DNA of 64,000 nucleotides from an uncultured Planctomycetota bacterium (lineage in GTDB: Bacteria; Planctomycetota; Planctomycetia; Pirellulales; Lacipirellulaceae), in NCBI GenBank assembly GCA_963719315.1, contig CAVRBU010000011.1, positions 96,001-160,000 of the forward strand. The letters are read 5' to 3'. A model generated the notes under the pieces. The model was given only the letters and a program-made list of their open reading frames with translations, had not been told where the DNA came from and did no database searches. This document shows, in pieces, positions 41,591 to 52,172 of the stretch (positions are counted from its first letter, which is position 1; the number at the start of each line of letters is the position of its first letter). The position numbers and the translations under genes were made by a program.

Positions 41591-42073
41591 ATGCCGTGCT
41601 ACCTCTTCACCTACCACGCCTATGGTAGCTGGCTCCCCGATCACCAACGAGGCTACGTCCATCGCGGCCAAGGCATTCTGCCGCCCGACGAACACATGGC
41701 CGATCTCTACCGGTCCAACTTGAAATAAGCCGTTGTCGCCTTCCCCGGAATAATCCAACGCGAACTGATCGCTGGCGCGCTGGAAGCGTGCGAACATCAG
41801 CAACTGCGCTGCCACTACGTCGCCACCGAGCCGACGCACGCGCACCTACTCGTGAGCTGGAACAGCAACCGCACTTGGGAAGTCGCTCGCAAACAAATCC
41901 GCGGCAACATCACGCGAAAACTAAACAGCGCTCACAAACGCCAAAACTGGTTCTCAAAAAGCCCCAGCCGTAAACAAGTACGTGACCGCAAACACTTCGA
42001 CCATCTCGTCACGACATACCTACCGAAGCACCGAGGTTGGAAATGGTCCGAATCTCAAGGATTATTCCGCTAA
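41591..42073 (+). pseudogene. Second RAYT-like transposase, in-frame TAA at 41726
   Basis: YLFTYHAYGSW, THAHLLVSW, RKQVRDRKHFDHLVTTYLPKHRG; flanked by hairpins at 41459-41510 and 42109-42161. Confidence 0.82.
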
Positions 42074-42212
42074 CCGTCTTGAATACGCCGCGCTGCACAA
42101 TAGCCCCAATAGCCGCGATGCTACGCATCGCAGGGCCCGGCGATGCGTAGCATCGCGGCTATTCACTTCGCTTGTGCGATTGTTTTGAGTCGACCTCACC
42201 GCCAAACAGCCC

Positions 42213-43298
42213 ATGTCCTTCCGCCTCTGGACCATCTTCTATGTCTTCGCCCTCCTAGCCGCCGCCATGGCGACGTTCGGGCCGCTCGGAATTACAATAG
42301 CGGCCGTCGTCATCGTTTTCTGGTCTTACTGCTGGAAATATGGCTATCCCAAAATCAGAGTTTGGTACTGGGTTATAGCTTGCGCATTAGTCGTCATTGC
42401 TTGCGCGTCGTTGATCCCCGTCGTGCAATCGCCGCGTGGAATAGTATCCCGCGACCATCAATGAGCAAATAATCTGAAGCAAATCGCGCTCGCGATCTTG
42501 AATTATGAATCTGCGAACGGATCGTTGCCGCCGGCGTTCGTCGCAGACGCCAACGGCAAGCCGATGCACAGTTGGCGAGTTTTGATTCTCCCTTTCTTAG
42601 AAGAACCCTCGCTATTCAAGAAATACAACTTCAACGAGCCCTGGGATGGCCCGAACAATAGCAAGCTCGCGGACCAGGTTCCGGAAGTTTATCGTTGCCC
42701 TAGTCACTACGATGCCAAGCACGGCGATTCGGTGGAGACGAATTATTTTGTAGTGGACGGACCGGAAACTGCGTTTCCTGGCGGCGTTGGACGCCCATTC
42801 AGCAATGTGGCGGACGGCACCACAAACACAATTATGGTAATCGAGGCCAGCGGACTCGAACGAAATTGGATGGATCCGCGCAACGTCACTCTCGAAGAAG
42901 CAGTCGAGTTGCTCACAACTAAGCCGCGGTCAGGTCACATGACTGTGAGCAAAGGCTTCTTCACAACAACCTACAGCGATGCGTCATCACGCTTTGTAGC
43001 GTTTTGTGATAGTCACGTCGTTTTCATGGGCCAACTTGAGAATCCGCAAATCGCGAGAGCAATGTTGACCTGTGCCGGAAACGATTTGTCGCCCTCAGAC
43101 CGCGAGAATCAATTTCAGGAATTTATTGATAAGCAGGAGTATCGAAAACCCGTAACCATGACTTTCATCAAATGGGGTCGCATCTGGGGGCTCAGCGTCT
43201 TCATCTTCCTCTCACTCCTCCCCACAGTCTGGCTCCGCCGCCGCACCTCGCTAAACCATCCGCTTAATCCACCTGCACCGGCTGCAACGGCCGATTAA
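42213..43298 (+). CDS. DUF1559 membrane protein with in-frame TGA at 42462
   Basis: Q*ANNLKQIALAILNYE, HSWRVLILPFL, EPWDGPNN, DGTTNT. Confidence 0.8.
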
Positions 43299-43384
43299 TC
43301 CGCTCATCCAGCCCCGATTCGCCGCCGCGCAAGGGGTCTATTATACTTGGGCAGACCAAATAAGAATCATCCGCCCAGGCTCCT

Positions 43385-44881
43385 ATGCGCGTCCAACAAC
43401 TGCTCGAACACCACGGCATCGCCGTCAATCCGTTTGCGGAGGAGGACGCGCAGTCCGATCCGGTTTTCAAGGAGCGGTGTCGCGACCTCACGTACCACCC
43501 CGCCTGGGATAAGGTCTACGGCAACCCCTCCGACCCGGCCACCTCGATCGTCTTCGGCGAAAAAGGCTCCGGCAAAACGGCCATGCGGATGCAGATGGTC
43601 GGCCGCATCGCGCTCCACAACGCCAATCCGCAAAACGGCGGCCTGTTCGTCATCGAGTACGACGACTTCAACCCGTTCCTCGACCACTTCGCCGACCGGC
43701 TTAGCGCCCGCAAACAGCGCGACCCGGCCAAAGTGCTCGGCGAATTCAAACTGTGGGACCACATGGACGCGATCATGACGCTCGGCGTTACGAGCCTGGT
43801 CGATCGCTTGCTGGGCGTCCCGCAACCCACCGGCCCGGACGCCAACCAGGTGAGCCCCGACCGCCTCCGCTCGCTCGATCGGCACCAGAAGCGCGACCTG
43901 CTGTTGCTCGTCGCGTGTTACGACAACTCCACGCGCGAAAACGTCGTCTCCCGCTGGGGCCGACTCCGCCGCAAGCTCCGCTACCAAACGTGGAAATCGT
44001 GGTGGGACCGCGTGCTCGGCACGCTCGTTACCGTCGCAGTCATCGCCCTGCTTCTCTATTCGAAACAATGGGATTGGCTCAAAACGCCCTGGCCCTACGC
44101 GATCGTCGCCCTCGGCTGGTTGCCGTGGTTTGTGCGATTGTGGAAATGGTTCTGGGTCGCCCGGCGAATCGCCGGCAATGTCCGCGTGCTCAAGCCGCAC
44201 ATCGGCTCGCTCCGCCGACTGCTCATGCGATTCCCCAAGCGCGATATCGACGGCCAACCGCTGCCCGAAAATCAACGCACCGACGACCGCTTCGAACTGC
44301 TGGCCAAGTTGCAGGGCGTTCTGAAATCGCTCGGCTGCGAAGGGATCGTCGTCCTCGTCGATCGCGTGGATGAGCCGCACCTCATCACCGGCTCGGTCGA
44401 CCGCATGCGGGCGCTCGTCTGGTCGATGCTCGACAACAAGTTTCTGAAACAGCCCGGCGTCGGCCTCAAGCTGCTGCTGCCGCGCGAGCTGGCCGATTTC
44501 ATGCAGCGCGAAGACCGCGACTTCTACCAGCGCGCCCGGCTCGACAAGCAAAATATGGTCCCGTCGCTCGAATGGACCGGCCAGGCCCTGTACGACCTGG
44601 CCAACGCCCGCATCCGCAGTTGCGGCGCCGGCGGCAAACAACCGACGCTCCGCTCGCTGCTCGACGACTCGATCACCAACGAACGCCTGATCGACGCCTT
44701 CCGCGCCCTCCGCGTGCCGCGGCACCTCTTCAAGTTCCTCTACCGCCTCCTCGTGGCCCACTGCAACGCCCACACCGACGACAAACCGGAGTGGGAGATC
44801 TCGAAGGAAACCTTCGAAGCCACGCTCGCCGTCTACAGCCGCGACCAAGACGCGGTGGACCGCGGGCTGCAGGCCGGTTGA
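43385..44881 (+). CDS. P-loop NTPase with inserted TM hairpin
   Basis: Walker A GEKGSGKT, Walker B VVLVDRVDE, two TM helices between them. Confidence 0.8.
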   Translation: MRVQQLLEHHGIAVNPFAEEDAQSDPVFKERCRDLTYHPAWDKVYGNPSDPATSIVFGEKGSGKTAMRMQMVGRIALHNANPQNGGLFVIEYDDFNPFLDHFADRLSARKQRDPAKVLGEFKLWDHMDAIMTLGVTSLVDRLLGVPQPTGPDANQVSPDRLRSLDRHQKRDLLLLVACYDNSTRENVVSRWGRLRRKLRYQTWKSWWDRVLGTLVTVAVIALLLYSKQWDWLKTPWPYAIVALGWLPWFVRLWKWFWVARRIAGNVRVLKPHIGSLRRLLMRFPKRDIDGQPLPENQRTDDRFELLAKLQGVLKSLGCEGIVVLVDRVDEPHLITGSVDRMRALVWSMLDNKFLKQPGVGLKLLLPRELADFMQREDRDFYQRARLDKQNMVPSLEWTGQALYDLANARIRSCGAGGKQPTLRSLLDDSITNERLIDAFRALRVPRHLFKFLYRLLVAHCNAHTDDKPEWEISKETFEATLAVYSRDQDAVDRGLQAG

Positions 44882-45024
44882 CGCTACATTTTCGGCTTCC
44901 GCCACCTCTATCGCTGGAAGGTCGATTCACGGCCGATTACGCGCCCAGTACAATCGATCCACGTATATTCGCGATGCGCAGTACCGAACTGGATTTACAA
45001 CCAACACGATAGGAGGGTTGAGTT

Positions 45025-45978
45025 ATGCCACTCAATCGCCGTCAGTTTTGCAGCCAAGCGGTTGCCGCGACAGCCGCCGTTTCACTTTCGAGCGGCTCGA
45101 TTTGCGGGGAGCCAGTCGTCGAACCGCCCGCCGGCCGCGGAAATCCAATCGCCGTCTCCACGTATTCCTTTTGGCGCTTCAAGGACGACTCAAAACTCTC
45201 CATTGAAAAATGCATCGAGGAGTCCGCCCGGATCGGCTTCGATGCCGTCGAAATCCTCCACATGCAAATGGACAACGAGGAGCCGGCCCACCTGCAGCGC
45301 CTCAAGCAGCTTGCGTTCGTCAACGGGCTTAGCCTTTGCGGGCTGAGCACGCATCAAGGTTTCCTGTCGCCGGACCCGGAAGTGCGGCAAAAGAATATCG
45401 ATCACACCATTCGCGCCATCGAACTCGCCTACCAACTTGGAATACCAACGATGCGTGTGAACACGGGCCGCTGGGGAACGTCCAAGGACTTCGACGACCT
45501 CATGGCTCATCGCGGCATCGAGCCGCGACTCCCCGGCTTTACCGACGAAGACGGCTTCAAGTGGGTTATCGATTCGTTTGAGAAGTGCATTCCAGCCGCC
45601 GAGCGCTGCGGCGTCACGATGGGACTCGAGAACCACTGGGGTTTGGGCCGTACGCCCGAAGGCGTCCTCAAGATCATCCGGGCCGTCAACTCACCGTGGC
45701 TGCGGTGCACGCTCGATACGGGCAACTTCCTGGAAGATCCCTACGTCAAGCTCGAGCAACTGGCGCCGGAAGCTGTTTTTGTGCAAGCCAAGACCTACTA
45801 CGGCGGCGGCCTGTGGTACACGCTCGAACTCGATTACCCGCGGATCGCAACCATGCTCCACAAGCATCACTACCGCGGCTACATCTCGCTCGAATTCGAA
45901 GGCAACGAAGACTGGAAAACGGCACTCCCCAAAAGCTTAGCGCTGCTCCGCCAAGCATTCCAGGCGACGCCGGCGTGA
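45025..45978 (+). CDS. Sugar phosphate isomerase/epimerase (AP-endonuclease-2 TIM barrel), Tat signal
   Basis: NRRQF, LENHWG, LDTGNF, SLEFEG. Confidence 0.88.
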   Translation: MPLNRRQFCSQAVAATAAVSLSSGSICGEPVVEPPAGRGNPIAVSTYSFWRFKDDSKLSIEKCIEESARIGFDAVEILHMQMDNEEPAHLQRLKQLAFVNGLSLCGLSTHQGFLSPDPEVRQKNIDHTIRAIELAYQLGIPTMRVNTGRWGTSKDFDDLMAHRGIEPRLPGFTDEDGFKWVIDSFEKCIPAAERCGVTMGLENHWGLGRTPEGVLKIIRAVNSPWLRCTLDTGNFLEDPYVKLEQLAPEAVFVQAKTYYGGGLWYTLELDYPRIATMLHKHHYRGYISLEFEGNEDWKTALPKSLALLRQAFQATPA

Positions 45979-46059
45979 CATGCGTTCCCCGCGAGTCAAG
46001 AAAACTGTTCCTGGCACCTTCGTCCCTGCCTGGGACCTTCGTCTCTGACACAAGTCGAA

Positions 46060-46181
46060 ACCGCCGCCAAGGCCCGCACGTCGCTGGCTGCTCCTACCAC
46101 AGCCAATGCCGCGACCTCCGCGCCCTCGCCCTCTCCCACAACCGCATGATCCTCGTGCTCGTACAGGTTTTTTACAGAGCC
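46060..46181 (+). pseudogene. Possible 3' remnant of a DDE transposase
   Basis: SYHSQCRDLRALALSHNRMIL...VFYRA resembles transposase C-termini. Confidence 0.3.
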
Positions 46182-46235
46182 GGGCATTCTGGTTTTCAGA
46201 ACAAGCAGAATATCCCTGTTCGTTCCTCTACGGTG

Positions 46236-47027
46236 TCAGTTTCGCCGGCGCGATTTCACCAGAGCGAACACCGCTGCAGCCATCGCTACCAATAAGCAAC
46301 TACTCGGTTCGGGGATCGGCATGATGCTTGAGTCGTCCAACGGGAGTAATTCGTATGTGACACCGGCTACGCCGGGCAACGGGTTCGCAGCATCAAACTG
46401 ACTGAATATACCGGCCAGGTTGACCTGACCTGTCGGAATCAAATCGCCGATTAGCGAGATATTAGTCGTTTGAATGCGAACAAGGACGTCTTGGACGCCG
46501 TCGGTCGCTGTATAGTTCGTGGCGCCCGCAAACGTCTGCCCCGGCGCCAGACCCGTAAAATGGACATTGGCGAGTGAAACGAGCTTGTTTTCCAGGTTCT
46601 CGGCAGTGGGGCTGAAGTCCTGATAGTCGGCGACTGTGGTGACGGTTGGTGTCGGTACGCCGACGCCTGCCGTTACGAGCGATGTCGCCAAAGACGGCTG
46701 CTGCAACTGAAAGAGCCCGTTGAACGAAGCGGTAGTCCCGCTCACATTGATTTGATCGCCGGCGGACAAACCGGCCAGCAGTGTGGCGATATCGGCATTC
46801 ACGCCAAATATACTGGCCCCACCCGTGCCATCTTGCACATTAAAACTCGCTGAGTTTACGCTGTTAATAAGATCGATGGTCGTTGAGATTACTACATTAT
46901 TGAGAGTGACCGCGGTGCCCAAAGGCAATGCTTTGGCTGCGGCAATTGTGCTTGCCCAGGTGCGTTCACCGGCGAAAAGCCCACAGGTGAGAATTAACAT
47001 GAGGCGAAGACATAGCTGTGGTTTCAT
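46236..47027 (-). CDS. PEP-CTERM protein (OB-fold-like domains)
   Basis: Signal peptide; IPEPSS + TM helix + RRR C-terminus. Confidence 0.88.
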   Translation of the reverse strand: MKPQLCLRLMLILTCGLFAGERTWASTIAAAKALPLGTAVTLNNVVISTTIDLINSVNSASFNVQDGTGGASIFGVNADIATLLAGLSAGDQINVSGTTASFNGLFQLQQPSLATSLVTAGVGVPTPTVTTVADYQDFSPTAENLENKLVSLANVHFTGLAPGQTFAGATNYTATDGVQDVLVRIQTTNISLIGDLIPTGQVNLAGIFSQFDAANPLPGVAGVTYELLPLDDSSIMPIPEPSSCLLVAMAAAVFALVKSRRRN

Positions 47028-47308
47028 CGAGTCCCTTTCACATCTGAAGACTTTTTCGCTTTGCAGAAACGCTACGGAACACGGGACGTGCTTACATTCG
47101 CAAAAGCAACACGGAAAGTTGGTGTAACATCTCAAATGCGCCCCGATCCTAGGTAATTTCAAATGCCGCAACCGAGCGACGCGTCCGGAATCGCCGGGTC
47201 AGAGTGCGGGCCTGCGTGAACACCGCCCCCTAAGAGTCCAAGGCGGAATCGCCCCGCCGGCATGACGCGCGATTTGCGAAGATATTTTGGCGCGTGGGCG
47301 GGGCGGGG

Positions 47309-50300
47309 CTATTTCGGTGCGGCGGATGGAACCGAATCGCGCGGTTCGCCGGCTCGTGACACGTCAGAAGGTGAAGCAGCGGTGGCAGTTGCGCGTGCGG
47401 GAGGGCCGCTCTTCGTGGCCGGCTCGGCGGCGAGTAGTCCTTCCACTTCGCGTCGGAGTGTTTCTTCGTAGACATCGCTATCCCAGCGATATGTGCGCGA
47501 ACGCGTTCGGCGAGTGCCCGCCTGGTACGCACTCATCGCTTGGGCCCTGTTGCCAAGTTTGAGCCAAACCATCGCCCGGACGTACCAAACCAGCGGCTCC
47601 GGGCCGAGCGAGGCAGGTGGACTCGCGGAATCGAGAACGTCGCGAGGCGTCTTGCCGGTCCGCAGCTCGTAAAGCCGAGCACGAATGGGTGATTCGGGGT
47701 CATCCCGTGCGTTTGCACCCACGAGGGCACCAAGCTGCGCGAGTTTTTTGTCGTCGTGGGGCGTCACGAGCCACGTCCTCAAGGTCCAGTCTAAATCGTT
47801 GTAGCTTGCATTGGCGCTGAAGCGACGCAGCAGCTCGTCACAAGCCCGCTGGTAACTTTCGGTTCGGCCGGCGGCAAGGCTCGCCATCGCCAGCCAATGC
47901 CAGTGCATCACGTCATCCGGTGCGAGGGTGGTCACGCGGTCGAAGGCATGGATGGCCGCGGGCCAGTCGCCGCGCTGGGCCGCGCGATGACCGGCCAGCA
48001 TCGGCTCCCAATAAAGCAGGAACTCCCGCGCCTGACGGATCGCCGCGGTGCGGACCGCATCGTTAATAGTCTTGTCGGCCTCGATTGCGCTCACGAGCGA
48101 TTCGCGCGTCGAAGTGCGGGCCGCCAAATGTTTTACTAGCGCGGCGGCTTCGCGAGTCGTGGACCAGTCGGCGTGAGAGAGGGACCATCCCCGAGCAGAT
48201 GGTGCCCGTCCTATTTTTCCTCGCGACCATCCGGCGGATGGTGCACGCGGAGAAATTGGGGCAGTCCCCGTCTGTTCGTCGTTTGGGGCGTGCCAGATTT
48301 GGACAAAACCATCGTAGCCGGCGGAGGCCAGATGCTGGTCGTCGGGGCTGAAGGCAATGTCACGGACCCAGTCGGTGTGGCCGACCAAAGACTGGAGTTC
48401 CAGGCCGGTTGCGACGTCCCAGATCTTGACGGTCTGGTCGGTGCTGCAGGAGGCGAGCCGTTTTCCATCGGTAGTAAAGGCCAGTCCGTAGGGCGTACCG
48501 CCGTGACCAGTGAGCGTGCGCAGTTGCCGGCCCGTTGCCGCGTCCCACAGCCGAATCGTGTGGTCGTTCGACGCCGAGGCAATCAGGGTTCCTTGCGGGT
48601 CGAACACGGCATTGACTGCGGGCGCGGTATGGCCCAGCAGTTCGCGGACCAGCGACTGCGTCGCTGTTTTCCAGACGCGGATGGTCGGGTCTCCGTCGGC
48701 AGTGACCAGTAAACTTCCGTCGTTATTAAACGCGATGCTGCCGTGCGGGCCTGGGGGCAAGGACCAGGTCGCCAGGAGCCGACCGCTACTCGCTTCCACA
48801 AGCCAATAGGTGCCGCCGCTCGATCGGACTGCGATGCGATCTCCTTGCCGCGCCCAGTCAACGGCGACCAGAGGGCCTGGGTCCAAAGCCAGATCGAGCG
48901 TTACTCGACTCGTCTCGACGTTCCAAATGCGGAGGTGACCACTGTCTTCGGCAGCAGCGAGGTACTTGCCGTCGGGGCTATATCTTAAACCGCTGACGGT
49001 CCACGCAATGGACCGAAATACGCGGAGGGATTGGCCCGTCTTGGTATTCCATAGGATAATGGTGCTATCGTCCGCGCCGGCAGAGGCAAGAACGCTTCCG
49101 TCGGGACTAAACGCGACGGTTCGGACATGCCTGAGATGACCGTCCAAACGATCGTGATCGGCCGCCTGCGCGGCGTCCCATAGCCGCACGCTGCCGTCTT
49201 CACTGGCCGAGAGGAGTCGCCATCCGTCGGGGCAGAAAACCGCGGAGGTGACGAGCGCGGTGTGGCCCAGCAGTTCGATTGCGTTTTGCGGCTGCTCGAT
49301 TTCCCAAACCTTGAGCGGCTCATTGCGGACGGCGGCCGCGAGCCGGCGACCGTCGGGACTAAAGTCGACGCAATGCGCGGCTTCTTTCAATGGACCGAAC
49401 GTGGCCAGATTGCGCCGCGAATTGGCGTCCCAGAGTTTGACGGCGCGGTCGGCGCCGGCCGTTGCAAGGCGCGTACCGTCGGGCGACCAAGCCACGTCAT
49501 GCACCACATCGTTGTGCGCACGAATCGTCGCCGTGTTCGTCCAGGTTCCATGCTTATCAGTCTGACACAAGCGGACACAACCATCGCGCCCAGCCATCGC
49601 CAGTCGGGATGCGTTGGGTGCAAACGCGAGGCTCTCGACTGGTCCCAGATCGAGCGACTGTAGCAGCATAAATCTGGTTGCGTCCCAAAGATTCACTTTG
49701 GCTTCGTCATTGCCACCGGTCGCAATCAAACGTCCGTCGGCACTAAACGCTACGGTGGTCAGCGGCCGCTGGTGAGCGTTCGTGGCAATGGTCGCTTCGC
49801 CTGTTGCAGGTTTCTCGGAGGCATCGACAGGCGAGCCGCCGGTCGCTACAAGTGTCGCCAGCCGTTCACCGGTGACAGTGTCCCAAAACAGGCCGACAGC
49901 GTCGTCGCCCACGCTCGCCAATTTTTGTCCGTCCGGGGCAAAGGCCAGGTCGCGGACAGCGGCTGTATGGCCGGAGAGTTTGTGGAGCACTTTCCCTGTG
50001 GCCGTTTCCCAGAGCCACACCGAGCGGTCGGCGCCGGCTGCCGCCACAGTTCGCCCGTCGGGGCTGAAGACTGCGGAATACTCAGCGCCTTGGGGACCAT
50101 TGAAGCGGCGTAACTCGGCGTGGCATTGATGCCACAGATGGCGCCATTCCCAGGCGGGAGTCTCGGAAGTGGAGTCAGCGCCCATCCCCTCACCCCTCCC
50201 CGGAGTACCGGGGAGGGGAAATTGCGGCCGATGGAGTTCGAGCAGACGGACCGCACTGGCTGCGGCGCCGGAGCGCAGGTGTTGCTGTGCGAGGTTCATG

Positions 50301-51544
50301 TCGGCGGCATAGAGATTGGCGAGCGCCTGTTGTTCACGCTGGCCTGCTTGCTGGGCATAGTGCAGTGAGAAAGCAGTGCCGGCGATCAATACCAGTGCGA
50401 TGCCGACCGCGAGCGTGCCAACGACCGGATTGCGGACGAACCACCGCCGGCCGTGTTCAATCCGCGAGATGGGCCGCGCATGAAGTGGCTCGCCCGCCAG
50501 GTGCCGTTGTAAGTCGCCGGCCAGCTCGCCGGCCGATGGATAGCGAATGGTGGGCGACTTCTCCAAGCATTTGAGGCAAATCGTTTCCAGATCCCGCGGC
50601 ACGTCGCGCTTGATCTGCCGAGGTCGGACTGGTTCAACGGTGCAAATCTTGTGGAGCGTGTCGGAGACGGATGCGGACTGAAAGGGCGGCCGACCGACGA
50701 GCATGGCGTACAGCACCGCCCCGAGGGCATAGATGTCGGCCAGCGGACCAACGAGCGTATGGCGGCCATTTACTTGTTCCGGCGCCATGTAGTTGGGCGT
50801 GCCCAGTAGGTCACCGGTCACCGTGATGCTGAGCTGCTCTTCGCCCAAACGACGGGCCAAACCAAAATCGGCCACGTAGGGAATTTGATGTTCGTCGAGC
50901 AGGACATTGGCCGGCTTGAGATCGCGGTGAATGACTCCGTGGGAGTGCGCGGCGGCGACCGCTTCGGCGACGGCCAGCAGCAGGCGTGCGGCAACCTTTG
51001 GGTCGAGCGGACCCTTGGCAATCTGCTCCGCGAGATTGGCGCCTTCGATCAAAGGCATCGTGTAGAACAACCGTCCCTGATGCTCGCCGACATGGTAAAT
51101 GGGTACGATGCCCGGATGCCGAAGGGCGGCGGCCGTACTGGATTCATTGCGGAAACGCTGCACTTCGGCGGACGACAAGAAACTTCCGTGGAGCAGCATT
51201 TTAAGCGCGAGGCAACGGCCGGTGGACCGCTCTTGGGCGCGATACACAATTCCCATTCCGCCACGCCCGATCTCGCCCAATAGTTCGTAATCGCCAAATT
51301 CGCGAGGCGTCCCGGTTCCTGCCGCGGAAGGTGTATTCGAGGCAGCCTTCGACAGCCGCTCAATCAGATCGACGTCGGCGAAATAGTCTCGCAGCGCTGC
51401 GGTATGCTCGGGGTGTTCCGCCAGGAATGACTCGTGACTAACCGTTTCACCCCGGTCGATGCGTGTGAGGTACTCCGCCAGGACGGATGCCCAAGCATCC
51501 GCAGCCTGTTGATCGAATTCATCGCGCACGATCAGCCTCCGCAA
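47309..51544 (-). CDS. Ser/Thr protein kinase with WD40 repeats and TPR-like tail
   Basis: GRGGMG, HRDLKPAN, DFGLA, GTPNYMAPE; many GH...WD repeats. Confidence 0.95.
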   Translation of the reverse strand: MRRLIVRDEFDQQAADAWASVLAEYLTRIDRGETVSHESFLAEHPEHTAALRDYFADVDLIERLSKAASNTPSAAGTGTPREFGDYELLGEIGRGGMGIVYRAQERSTGRCLALKMLLHGSFLSSAEVQRFRNESSTAAALRHPGIVPIYHVGEHQGRLFYTMPLIEGANLAEQIAKGPLDPKVAARLLLAVAEAVAAAHSHGVIHRDLKPANVLLDEHQIPYVADFGLARRLGEEQLSITVTGDLLGTPNYMAPEQVNGRHTLVGPLADIYALGAVLYAMLVGRPPFQSASVSDTLHKICTVEPVRPRQIKRDVPRDLETICLKCLEKSPTIRYPSAGELAGDLQRHLAGEPLHARPISRIEHGRRWFVRNPVVGTLAVGIALVLIAGTAFSLHYAQQAGQREQQALANLYAADMNLAQQHLRSGAAASAVRLLELHRPQFPLPGTPGRGEGMGADSTSETPAWEWRHLWHQCHAELRRFNGPQGAEYSAVFSPDGRTVAAAGADRSVWLWETATGKVLHKLSGHTAAVRDLAFAPDGQKLASVGDDAVGLFWDTVTGERLATLVATGGSPVDASEKPATGEATIATNAHQRPLTTVAFSADGRLIATGGNDEAKVNLWDATRFMLLQSLDLGPVESLAFAPNASRLAMAGRDGCVRLCQTDKHGTWTNTATIRAHNDVVHDVAWSPDGTRLATAGADRAVKLWDANSRRNLATFGPLKEAAHCVDFSPDGRRLAAAVRNEPLKVWEIEQPQNAIELLGHTALVTSAVFCPDGWRLLSASEDGSVRLWDAAQAADHDRLDGHLRHVRTVAFSPDGSVLASAGADDSTIILWNTKTGQSLRVFRSIAWTVSGLRYSPDGKYLAAAEDSGHLRIWNVETSRVTLDLALDPGPLVAVDWARQGDRIAVRSSGGTYWLVEASSGRLLATWSLPPGPHGSIAFNNDGSLLVTADGDPTIRVWKTATQSLVRELLGHTAPAVNAVFDPQGTLIASASNDHTIRLWDAATGRQLRTLTGHGGTPYGLAFTTDGKRLASCSTDQTVKIWDVATGLELQSLVGHTDWVRDIAFSPDDQHLASAGYDGFVQIWHAPNDEQTGTAPISPRAPSAGWSRGKIGRAPSARGWSLSHADWSTTREAAALVKHLAARTSTRESLVSAIEADKTINDAVRTAAIRQAREFLLYWEPMLAGHRAAQRGDWPAAIHAFDRVTTLAPDDVMHWHWLAMASLAAGRTESYQRACDELLRRFSANASYNDLDWTLRTWLVTPHDDKKLAQLGALVGANARDDPESPIRARLYELRTGKTPRDVLDSASPPASLGPEPLVWYVRAMVWLKLGNRAQAMSAYQAGTRRTRSRTYRWDSDVYEETLRREVEGLLAAEPATKSGPPARATATAASPSDVSRAGEPRDSVPSAAPK

Positions 51545-51545
51545 A

Positions 51546-52172
51546 CTAATCGAGATTCTGCAGTGCAGCGCGCAATGCTCGCAATCCCCGCGCGATCACC
51601 GCTGCGGCCGCAGGCACGGTGCAGTCCAATTCGGCCGCGATGTCGGCCAACGGCCATCCTTCGAGGTGCCGCAGACGCACGGCATCACGTTGTCTCGGTG
51701 GCAATCTCTCGAGCGCAGTACGAAGCCGCTCCTGCACCTCACGGCGTGCAACGACCATGCTAGGCGATGTCTGATCGGCTTCGCACACCCCATCCCAGCC
51801 TGAGCTTCGAGAGGAGTCGTCCAAACGGTACTCAGCCTTTACTGTCCTTCGTCGAGCCAGCACATGCTGGCGCACAGCATCACTCACGTTGTGGTTCATT
51901 ATTGCAGCTAACCACGCAAAGAGTTCGGGCAAGGAGCTGCCGCGAAATCCGTCAAAGGTGGCATTGGCCTCGGCCAGTGATTGTTGCACCATGTCGGAAG
52001 CGTCCGTGCGGGCAGATACTTCGGCAGGTAGAACCGACGCCGCCAAGTCGCGAAGTCGTCGCCGAAAAGTGACTGCCACAGTGTGCCACGCCTCAGGATC
52101 CGCCTGTCGAAGCCGGCTCAGCAGCGCTGCTTCCTCAAATTTGGGCTCGCGCAACGATCCCTGAGATGACAT
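51546..52172 (-). CDS. ECF sigma factor (planctomycete kinase-associated type)
   Basis: DASDMVQQ, FRG....FAWL, TSPS, LRHLEG..LADIA. Confidence 0.9.
   Translation of the reverse strand: MSSQGSLREPKFEEAALLSRLRQADPEAWHTVAVTFRRRLRDLAASVLPAEVSARTDASDMVQQSLAEANATFDGFRGSSLPELFAWLAAIMNHNVSDAVRQHVLARRRTVKAEYRLDDSSRSSGWDGVCEADQTSPSMVVARREVQERLRTALERLPPRQRDAVRLRHLEGWPLADIAAELDCTVPAAAAVIARGLRALRAALQNLD

Noticed and set aside
43367..44905. 512-aa - strand ORF
   Set aside because: Antisense shadow of the P-loop NTPase.
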